DNA of 64,000 bases. It comes from an uncultured Planctomycetaceae bacterium. Its GTDB lineage: Bacteria > Planctomycetota > Planctomycetia > Isosphaerales > Isosphaeraceae. A program made the position numbers and the translations under genes. Of the stretch, positions 11,048 to 19,108 are shown in pieces (within the stretch, counting starts at the first letter, position 1; each line of letters begins with the position of its first letter). Below the pieces are notes generated by a model. It was not told where the DNA came from. It worked only from the letters and a program-made list of their open reading frames with translations, and made no database searches. Where the stretch lies: the NCBI GenBank assembly GCA_963833985.1, contig CAWIAD010000002.1:3840001-3904000 (forward strand), in the 5' to 3' direction.

Positions 11048-11133
11048 CAGGTGGCCGCCGGCCGGGTTCTGGCTTCTGCACAGGTGGCCACCAGCCCGGT
11101 TCTGGCTTCTTCTGCACATGGTGCCACCAGCCC
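11048..11133. repeat. Imperfect 33-36 bp tandem repeat, about 2.5 copies
   Basis: Copies: CAGGTGGCCGCCGGCCGGGTTCTGGCTTCTGCA, CAGGTGGCCACCAGCCCGGTTCTGGCTTCTTCTGCA, and partial CATGGTGCCACCAGCCC. Confidence 0.75.
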
Positions 11134-11387
11134 ATCGTCTCGCGGGAAGCCCTCAGGCTGCGGGTGGATTTGCAAGCACACGGCATTTCCACCGTAGACT
11201 CAATAAGACGGCAGGGCATTTGACCGCATGCCGGGCACGCATGGGCACACAAGGAGAGCGTGCCCCACGACTCTTTGACAATGCGGTGGATGGTTCGGAC
11301 CAGCGCCCGGGCCGGCGGCGCGCTGGATCCACTTTTTTGCCAGGCATGCAAGGCCGTTTGCCGGAGCAAGAGCGCCAACCTTCGCGG

Positions 11388-11483
11388 ACGAACCCAATTC
11401 GAAAAGGCGATGCAACTCCATGTGAATCAAGGATTAACGTACGTTTTTCGTGACTCGTCAGGGTGCAAAACGAAGCCAATTCG
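11388..11483. repeat. Paired 14-mer direct repeat ACGAA(C/G)CCAATTCG
   Basis: Copies at 11388-11401 and 11470-11483, one mismatch, 82-bp period, AT-richer spacer. Confidence 0.6.
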
Positions 11484-11785
11484 GGAGCAGGCTGCGGCGC
11501 CTCCACCGGGGCGCGGCCGGGGATCACGCTTACCGGCTGGCGAGCAGGGGGGAGGCGGCGCAGCAGCCCTGTCAACCAGTCAGGCCGAGGAGGACTGGGA
11601 CCAGGCCGCACGTTCGGTTCACCTGCGCCGGGTGCTCGTGGGGAAGTGAGGCAGTGGTGTAGCCTTCGGCTGTGAACCCGGAAACACGACACCGGCGGCC
11701 GGTCATGTTAAGATACATTTCCGTGCGGATGCACTCCGCGGCAGCGCGGCCGGCGGGGACGCCCTCCAACTCGAAGTGCAAATCC

Positions 11786-13321
11786 ATGCTCGCCAAGCTT
11801 TTTTCCTACACGCTCATCGGTATCGACGCGGCCCCAGTGGAGGTCGAGGTCGACGTCTCGGCCTCGTCGATGCCCAAGACCGTGCTGGTGGGCCTGGCGG
11901 AAGCGGCGGTCAAGGAGAGCACCCACCGCGTCGAGCGCGCCATTGTGAATTCGGGCTTCCGCCGGCCGACCGACCGGATCGTCATCAACCTCGCCCCGGC
12001 CGACGTCAAGAAGGATGCCAACGGCTTCGACTTGCCGATCGCGCTGGGGTTGCTGCTGGGCAGTGCGCAGGTGGCGTATGACCGACCCGGAAACTTCGCG
12101 ATCGTCGGCGAGCTGGCGCTCACCGGCGAGACGCGCCCGGTGAAGGGGATCCTCTCGATGGCCCTCCAGGCGGTGATCGAGGGCCGCGACGGCATCCTTG
12201 TTCCCACGGCCAACGCCTCGGAGGCCGCCGTGGTCGAGGGGCTGAGCGTCTATCCCGTGGGCAGCCTCGCCGAGGCCGTCGCCTTCCTCTCCGGCCAGGT
12301 CGACATGGACCCGGAATCCGTCGACCTGGAGGAGCTCTTCGCCCAGCACTCGCACCTGGACGAGGACTTCGTCGACGTGAAGGGCCAGGACTACGCCAAG
12401 CGGGCCCTGCTGATCGCCGCGGCCGGCTGCCACAACGTGCTCATGATCGGTCCGCCGGGCACCGGCAAGACGCTCCTGGCCAAGCGCCTGCCCACGATCC
12501 TGCCCCCGCTCACGCCAGGCGAGAGCCTGGAGACCACCCGCATCTACAGCGCGATGGGAAGGCTTCAGCCGGGTCAGTCGCTCATGGCCGTGCGCCCGTT
12601 CTGCACGCCGCACCACTCGATCAGCGACGCGGGACTGGTGGGCGGCGGCAATCCGCCCCAGCCCGGACAGATCTCCATGGCCCACAAGGGCGTGCTCTTC
12701 CTCGACGAGATGCCCGAGTTCAACCGCAAGACGCTGGAGGTGCTCCGTCAGCCGCTGGAGGAGGGCAAGGTCACCATCAGCCGGGCGATGAACAGCTCGA
12801 CCTTCCCCGCCGACTTCATCCTGGTCGCCGCCATGAACCCGTGCCCATGCGGCTACAGGTCGGATCCCCGCCGGGCTTGCTCATGCACTCCGCCGCAAGT
12901 GGAAAAATACCTCAGCAAGATCTCCGGTCCGCTCCTGGATCGCATCGATCTGCACGTGGAGGTGCCGGCGGTCCCCTTCACGCAGCTTGCCGAGATGCCG
13001 CCGGGTCCGCCCTCGAGCGACTTCCGCGCCCAGGTGCTGGCCGCGCGCGAGCGGCAAACGAAGCGGTTCGGCCACAAGGGGACGCAGGTCAACGGCCGGA
13101 TGACCCCGCGCCAGATCAGGAAAGTGTGCCAGCTTCGGCCCGAGGCGATGTCCATCTTGAAGGCGGCCATGGAAGAGCTGGGCCTCTCCGCACGTGCTCA
13201 CGACAAGATCCTGCGGGTGGCGCGGACCATCGCCGACCTGGAAGACTCCGCCGAGATCCAGCCCCAGCACATCGCCGAGGCGGTGGGATATCGGTCGCTC
13301 GACCGCAGCGTGTGGATGTGA
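11786..13321 (+). CDS. comM: ComM/YifB Mg-chelatase-like AAA+ ATPase (intact copy)
   Basis: [59 protein letters not shown] and RVARTIADL motifs. Confidence 0.97.
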   Translation: MLAKLFSYTLIGIDAAPVEVEVDVSASSMPKTVLVGLAEAAVKESTHRVERAIVNSGFRRPTDRIVINLAPADVKKDANGFDLPIALGLLLGSAQVAYDRPGNFAIVGELALTGETRPVKGILSMALQAVIEGRDGILVPTANASEAAVVEGLSVYPVGSLAEAVAFLSGQVDMDPESVDLEELFAQHSHLDEDFVDVKGQDYAKRALLIAAAGCHNVLMIGPPGTGKTLLAKRLPTILPPLTPGESLETTRIYSAMGRLQPGQSLMAVRPFCTPHHSISDAGLVGGGNPPQPGQISMAHKGVLFLDEMPEFNRKTLEVLRQPLEEGKVTISRAMNSSTFPADFILVAAMNPCPCGYRSDPRRACSCTPPQVEKYLSKISGPLLDRIDLHVEVPAVPFTQLAEMPPGPPSSDFRAQVLAARERQTKRFGHKGTQVNGRMTPRQIRKVCQLRPEAMSILKAAMEELGLSARAHDKILRVARTIADLEDSAEIQPQHIAEAVGYRSLDRSVWM

Positions 13322-13374
13322 TGGTCGGGCAGGCAGACGACTGTTAGAATTCAGGAAGGAGAGTGAGTCTCGGA

Positions 13375-13659
13375 ATGCCCTACGAGATCCGTTACTCGAA
13401 CGAGGCAGTCGAGCAACTCAGGAGGCTCAGGGTCTTCGACCGAACCGCGATTCTCGATCAGATAGAGCAGGTTCTGAGAGTAAATCATACGATCGTGAAC
13501 AAGTCGCGAGTCAAGCAGCTTCGCGAGCCCGCACCGACTCAATATCGACTTCGGGTCGGCGAGTTCCGCGTCTTCTACGCCGTGGCAGAAGAGGCCGTCC
13601 TCATCATTCAGGTGTTCAGCAAGCAAGATTCGATCGACTACCTCGGAGAATCGCCATGA
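13375..13659 (+). CDS. RelE/ParE family toxin
   Basis: About 94 aa. YEIRYSNEAVEQL and YRLRVGEFRVFY motifs. GGAG RBS upstream. Confidence 0.88.
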   Translation: MPYEIRYSNEAVEQLRRLRVFDRTAILDQIEQVLRVNHTIVNKSRVKQLREPAPTQYRLRVGEFRVFYAVAEEAVLIIQVFSKQDSIDYLGESP

Positions 13660-13910
13660 CCACACAGCCTGTCAGTGATCCGAATACGCCGATCGGCGAC
13701 ATCATCAAGGCCGCTGGCTCGCAGGGGATCGTGTTTGAATCCGAGGGTCAAGGGCGTTTTGCCCTCCTGCCGCTCGATGATGACGTGATCGATCTGCTCA
13801 TCGAGCGAAGTCCGAAGTTCCGCGCGGACTGTCAGGAGATCCGCGATCGTATGAACTCGGGACAGTTCCAGACTCACGAGGACCTCAAAAGGCAACTGCT
13901 TGGAGAGTGA
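13656..13910 (+). CDS. Putative cognate antitoxin
   Basis: 84-aa acidic ORF with ATGA overlap on the toxin stop. Confidence 0.7.
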   Translation: MTTQPVSDPNTPIGDIIKAAGSQGIVFESEGQGRFALLPLDDDVIDLLIERSPKFRADCQEIRDRMNSGQFQTHEDLKRQLLGE

Positions 13911-14030
13911 CTCTGGGAGCCCCAGTGGGACTGCGCCTTGCCTCCGAAAGCTGCCCCATGACGGACACGTTCAGGGTGGGAAACAAATTCCCCAGGGTTC
14001 GCAGCCTGCGACGACAATCAGGCATGTCCC

Positions 14031-15510
14031 GAATGCCGCGAAGTTAATTTTAACTAATTGTGCCATTTGATCTTGCGCCATGGGTGAGGCTCCGGGCATC
14101 CTGTGGGAAGTACCAGGACCCACAGTTGCTGGAGGGAGCCCCACCCATGCCGCCTCGCATCATCCCTATTCTCGATCGACTGCGCCAAGATATCGCCGCG
14201 GGATTGTCCCGGGAGACGATCGAAGAAGCCTGCCGCCAGGCGAAACACCGCTGGCGGAATCGCGTTCTCGACCCCGCGACGACCATTTATCTGTTCCTTC
14301 TCCAGGTCCTTCATGGCAACACGGCTTGTCGCCACGTGGTGCACTTCGGCGCTTGGACCTTCACCGACAGCGCCTACTGCCTGGCGCGAAAGCGGCTTCC
14401 GCTGGCCGTCTTCGACTGGCTCGTGGAGCGGACCGCTGCCGCCGTGCGGACTGCTTCGGATGGCGCGCGGTGGCTCGGGCACCGAATCTGGGTCGTCGAC
14501 AGCTCCAGCTTCTCCATGCCGGACCAACCAGAACTGCAACGTCACTTCGGCCAACCCAGCGGTCAACGCAAGGGCTGTGGCTTCCCGGTGGCGAAATGGC
14601 TGGCCCTCTTCGACGTCACCACCGGCATGCTTCTGCGTTCGAGGACGGCCCCTTTGCGGACCCACGAGATGTCCCAGGTTGGCCCGATCTCCGACGGCCT
14701 GGAGCCGGGAGACATCGTGCTCGGTGACCGCGGATTTTGCTCGTATGCTCATCTGGCGATATTACTGCAACGCGGTCTGCATGCGGTTTTCCGCGTGCAC
14801 CAGCAGCAGATCGTCGATTTCACGCCGGGTCGTCCGATGGCCAGGAGGAAGGGTCCGTACCCCAGGCCGCAGGGTCTGCCGAGTTCGCGGTGGGTGTTGG
14901 CGCAGGGAACCGCAGATCAGATTGTCACATGGTTTAAATCGAAATCCCATCCGAAGTGGATGTCGGCGGATGAGTTCGAGGTGCTGCCCTCCGAGATCAC
15001 CGTGCGCGAGCTGAGGTACCGGGTCGAGACACCCGGGTATCGGGTGCGCGAAATCACGCTGGTCACGACTCTGTTAGACGCATCGACCTACCCGGCGACA
15101 GAGCTGGCCGAACTCTACTACAAGAGGTGGAGAGTCGAACTCAATTTTCGTCATATAAAGATTAGCATGAAGATGGATGTTCTGCGTTGCGAGACAGTCG
15201 AAGGGGTTCTCAAAGAGCTGGCGATTTTCAGCCTGGCGTATAACCTGGTAAGATCGGTCATGCTGGAGTCGGCACGCATGCGCGGCGTTGATCCGGATCG
15301 GATCGGCTTGATCGACGCGGTGCGCTGGCTGATCGGGTCCGAAGGGGGTTCTGAGCCCGCGCGGATCGTCATCAACCCATTGCGCCGTGGACGCGTCGAG
15401 CCCCGAGTCGTAAAGCGACGACCAAAACAATACATGCGGATGACTAGGCCCAGATCCGAACTCCGCAAACAGTTGCCAATGAAGCACTTCTGACTAACTT
15501 TGTGGCATTC
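14031..15510 (+). mobile_element. IS4-family insertion sequence, 1480 bp
   Basis: Terminal inverted repeats GAATGCCGCGAAGTTA and TAACTTTGTGGCATTC. 11-bp target duplication AGGCATGTCCC at 14020-14030 and 15511-15521. Confidence 0.93.
14147..15493 (+). CDS. IS4-family DDE transposase
   Basis: VVDSS, LGDRGF and the YREK-type motif LYYKRWRVELNFRHIK. Confidence 0.93.
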   Translation: MPPRIIPILDRLRQDIAAGLSRETIEEACRQAKHRWRNRVLDPATTIYLFLLQVLHGNTACRHVVHFGAWTFTDSAYCLARKRLPLAVFDWLVERTAAAVRTASDGARWLGHRIWVVDSSSFSMPDQPELQRHFGQPSGQRKGCGFPVAKWLALFDVTTGMLLRSRTAPLRTHEMSQVGPISDGLEPGDIVLGDRGFCSYAHLAILLQRGLHAVFRVHQQQIVDFTPGRPMARRKGPYPRPQGLPSSRWVLAQGTADQIVTWFKSKSHPKWMSADEFEVLPSEITVRELRYRVETPGYRVREITLVTTLLDASTYPATELAELYYKRWRVELNFRHIKISMKMDVLRCETVEGVLKELAIFSLAYNLVRSVMLESARMRGVDPDRIGLIDAVRWLIGSEGGSEPARIVINPLRRGRVEPRVVKRRPKQYMRMTRPRSELRKQLPMKHF

Positions 15511-15590
15511 AGGCATGTCCCCCTCGACCTCTCCTTCTCCGGAACGACAGAACAGAGGCGATATCCCGCCTCAAGAAATTAGCTCAGTCG

Positions 15591-15911
15591 ATGGAACAGA
15601 ACGTCAGCACCTTGAGCAGTGCCGAGAAGAAGCTTGAGGAAATTCAAGTGCGAGCAAGAGCGGCGGCTCAAATCCTCAATCGACTCGCTGCGGCCCTCGA
15701 ACTTTCCAATAAGCTTGGAGGGGGCGGCTTTTTCGGAAATTATCTGCTCTTGAACCAATTTGACGCAATGCAGTTGTCCAGTAATGTGAGAACTATTGCC
15801 ACGGATGCAAACAACAAGCTTGAGGAAGTCGGGCGCGTTCTCCCTCAAGAAAGGCAACGCCTGAACAATCTGAAGACCAATCTTAGGACAATTTTTAATA
15901 TTGACATATAA
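15591..15911 (+). CDS. Hypothetical helical protein of lower GC, possibly a 3' gene fragment
   Basis: 106-aa ORF with AT-richer codons than its flanks. No recognisable motif. Confidence 0.5.
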   Translation: MEQNVSTLSSAEKKLEEIQVRARAAAQILNRLAAALELSNKLGGGGFFGNYLLLNQFDAMQLSSNVRTIATDANNKLEEVGRVLPQERQRLNNLKTNLRTIFNIDI

Positions 15912-15942
15912 TAACATGCCTAAGACAGGTCTTGCGTGGAGG

Positions 15943-16350
15943 CTAGGGAATCATCGGCCCGATGGGGCCGGGCCTAAACACACTGCGAAGGATCGCCACA
16001 ACCTCCTCGCCGGTCACCTCGCGGCGGTCCAGGCGTAGCAGGGCGTCGGCCAGCGCCTCAACATGTCGCCAGTACATCTCCAGGTACAAGGCGGTCCGAG
16101 CGGCCATCCGATCGAGATAGGACTCAACCCCCTCCCGCCCGGCATGCGGGATGAGATAGATCAGCCCGGCGAGGTCCGCCGGGTTGAGGTGCTTGCGCGG
16201 GCAGCGTCCCCGGAAACGAGATTCCGCAAGCTCCCCGGCGAGGGAGATCAGGGCCTCCCGCTCGGCGAGAGCGCGGCACCTCGGTTCTCGGAGATCGAGG
16301 TCGGTGGGGAGAGGGGACAGCACGACGCATCCGGCCTCTACCCTGTACTT
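15943..16350 (-). pseudogene. C-terminal fragment of a peptidase M41-like protein
   Basis: ISLAGELAE and HVEALADALL..REVTGEEV resemble the M41 C-terminus. No HExxH seen upstream. Confidence 0.5.
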
Positions 16351-16962
16351 CGGGTCGGCCCCCAATCCGTTCGCGACGTCGGGTAACAGCGAGATCACGC
16401 TGCAAAGTTCTGGGGACGCCATACCCAATTCGATCACGCTGGAATCGACCGAGTCAGGATCGTCACCAGTAGAGCATGCGGTGAACGCCCGCACCTCTCC
16501 GCTTCGCAAGCGCACTCCGGCCGACGTCAAGAAGGATGCCAACGGCTTCGACTTGCCCATCGCGCTGGGGTTGCTGCTGGGCAGTGCGCAGGTGGCCTAT
16601 GACCGCCCCGGAAACTTCGCGATCGTCGGCGAGCTGGCCCTTACCGGCGAGACGCGCCCTGTGAAGGGGATCCTCTCGATGGCCCTCCAGGCGGTGATCG
16701 AGGGCCGCGACGGCATCCTGGTCCCCACGGCCAACGCCTCGGAGGCCGCCGTGGTCGAGGGGCTGAGCGTCTATCCCGTGGACAGCCTCGCCGAGGCCGT
16801 CGCCTTCCTCTCCGGCCAGGTCGACATGGACCCGGAATCCGTCGACCTGGAGGAGCTCTTCGCCCAGCACTCGCACATGGACGAGGACTTCGTCGACGTG
16901 AAGGGCCAGGACTACGCCAAGCGGGCCCTGCTGATCGCCGCGGCCGGCTGCCACAACGTGCT

Positions 16963-17170
16963 AACATTGTGGTCGATTACACCCTCTCTGGTTGATTCGT
17001 TCTGGAGATCAGCAATGGACCTTCTGTTTTTCTTGGCGTGTGCCGTTCTCGGTGCTGGGTCTCTCGTTTCCCACTCGCTTTTGCGAATTGCGAAGGCGTT
17101 GGAAGAGAGGAATCGGCTCGAAAGTCGGCAGACGCAGCCGTGATGTCAATACTGGCGGCTGCAACCTGCT
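16963..17170 (+). mobile_element. 208-bp non-autonomous one-gene cassette inserted at the comM HNVL|M site
   Basis: Absent from the intact copy. Flanked by CAACGTGCT (16954-16962) and CAACCTGCT (17162-17170). Confidence 0.75.
17015..17143 (+). CDS. 42-aa single-TM small protein (cassette cargo)
   Basis: GGAG RBS 7 nt upstream. Sequence MDLLFFLACAVLGAGSLVSHSLLRIAKALEERNRLESRQTQP is a hydrophobic helix plus a charged tail. Confidence 0.65.
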   Translation: MDLLFFLACAVLGAGSLVSHSLLRIAKALEERNRLESRQTQP

Positions 17171-18097
17171 CATGATCGGTCCGCCGGGCACCGGCAAGAC
17201 GCTGCTGGCCAAGCGCCTGCCCACGATCCTGCCGCCCCTCACGCCCGGCGAGAGCCTGGAGACCACCCGCATCTACAGCGCGATGGGGCGGCTCCAGCCG
17301 GGTCAGTCGCTCATGGCCGTGCGCCCCTTCTGCACTCCGCACCACTCGATCAGCGATGCGGGGCTGGTGGGCGGCGGCAATCCGCCCCAGCCCGGACAGA
17401 TCTCCATGGCCCACAAGGGCGTGCTCTTCCTCGACGAGATGCCCGAGTTCAACCGCAAGACCCTGGAGGTGCTCCGTCAGCCGCTGGAGGAGGGGAAGGT
17501 CACCATCAGCCGGGCGATGAACAGCTCGACCTTCCCCGCCGACTTCATCCTGGTCGCCGCCATGAACCCGTGCCCCTGCGGATACCGCTCCGATCCCCGC
17601 CGGGCTTGCTCGTGCACTCCGCCGCAAGTGGAAAAATACCTCAGCAAGATCTCCGGCCCGCTGCTGGATCGCATCGACCTGCACGTGGAGGTGCCCGCCG
17701 TCCCCTTCACGCAGCTTGCCGAGATGCCGCCGGGTCCGCCCTCGAGCGACTTCCGCGCCCAGGTGCTGGCCGCGCGCGAGCGGCAAACGAAGCGGTTCGG
17801 CCACAAGGGCCCCCAGGTCAATGGCCGCATGACTCCGCGGCAGCTTCGCAAGCTGTGTGCCCTCAAGCCAGAGGCGATGACGATCCTCAAGGCCGCCATG
17901 GAGGAGCTCGGCTTATCGGCGCGCGCTCACGACAAGGTGCTGCGCGTGGACCGCACCATTGCCGACCTGGAAGACTCCGCCGAGATCCAGCCCCAGCACA
18001 TCGCCGAAGCGGTCGGCTACAGGTCGCTCGACCGCAGCGTGTGAATGTAGAATTGTGTTCGGAACCGAGGTCTTCCCGTACAGAGGAGCGCTCGCTG

Positions 18098-18391
18098 ATG
18101 GCAACCGGACAGAGCTTACAGCGCGATACGTCGAGTGAACTGGCCATCTTCGCGCGGTTGATCAGGGCCGACGCTTCCCACCTCTCGCGCAACCTGGCCC
18201 GCTACATCCTCACACTCGGTTTCGATGCCGCGGATCAAAATAGGATGACGGATCTGGCGGAGCGGAACCAGGCTGGCACCTTGTCCGGAGAGGGGAAGGC
18301 AGAACTGGAGCATTTCGTCAAAGCGGGACACTTGTTAGCCCTGCTGCACTCGAAGGCCAGAATCGCCTTGAAAGTCAAGAGGACGAAATGA
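18098..18391 (+). CDS. Small helical hypothetical protein, antitoxin-like partner of the HNH gene
   Basis: GAGGAG RBS. 97 aa with RMTDLAERNQAGTLS..EL. Directly upstream of the HNH gene. Confidence 0.7.
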   Translation: MATGQSLQRDTSSELAIFARLIRADASHLSRNLARYILTLGFDAADQNRMTDLAERNQAGTLSGEGKAELEHFVKAGHLLALLHSKARIALKVKRTK

Positions 18392-18398
18392 GGCCGCC

Positions 18399-18540
18399 AT
18401 GGAGTCATCGCTCGCTCGAGAGGTGAGGGAGCGAGCATGGCACGCCTGTGAGTACTGCCGGATGCCCCAGTCTTGTTATCCGACGGTTCCGTTTCCCATC
18501 GACCATATCGTCGCCCGCCAGCACGGTGGTGAGACCACGA
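18399..18540 (+). pseudogene. Truncated HNH endonuclease
   Basis: VRERAWHACEYCR...IDHIVARQHGG is present, but the downstream NL..C..CN half is missing. Confidence 0.75.
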
Positions 18541-19108
18541 AAGTGCTCCGACATGAGGCAATTGACCGAGGACACTGGGTGTCCAGGGCAAATGGGGCCA
18601 GCCCATCGTTTTCCAGAAACATGGATCGGAAGAAATTGTTCTCATATGCCATTATCGGAGTCGTGTCAGTATGCCCCGAGCACGCTCGGAAATCGTCTGC
18701 CTCCATGACGCCAGTGCGTGTTTCTGGCAGGGACTGGTCGAACTCAGCGGCTACCCGAACGCCTACCGGCGTCTTTTCGACAGGTTCGACCGCGAGGCCA
18801 CGCTTCTCGCATTCAGTGCTGGCTCGCGGAGGCTGGCTTACGCGACGTTCGAGCCATCCCTCTGCTCCAACCGGATGGGCCCGGCTCCTCGCCCAGGCTG
18901 ACACAGGGCGCGCGAGCTGAGATTGGGAGCGCGTCGCCCGAGGGGCAAGCAGGACCCCGCAATCAACGGCCACGGCCTGGGCATCGGCCGTGCCGAGGGG
19001 GAGTCGCACGGATGGGCGGCTCTGCTTATCATGGGAAAGACCCGGGGACGTACTGCCCGCCGAATCGTCGCGGGCTCGATGTCGCGGAGAGGAAGAGACG
19101 AGGTGCTC

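Larger units (their letters stand above)
16517..18050 (+). pseudogene. comM: Second comM allele: lacks codons 1-70, interrupted by a 208-bp insertion, TGG>TGA at the penultimate codon
   Basis: Colinear with 11996..13321. Offset is 4521 before the insertion and 4729 after it. Confidence 0.92.

Noticed and set aside
11048..11483. Possible CRISPR array
   Set aside because: The tandem repeats have no unique spacers, there are too few copies, and there are no cas genes.
16963..17170. Self-splicing intron, intein or integron attC cassette
   Set aside because: The length is not a multiple of 3 and the insert has a stop, so it is not an intein. No group I/II intron ends, no attC-type GTTRRRY hairpin and no intI were seen.
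11786..18050. Diversity-generating retroelement template/variable repeat pair
   Set aside because: The differences are mainly synonymous G/C third-position changes, not adenine-specific, and no reverse transcriptase is present.
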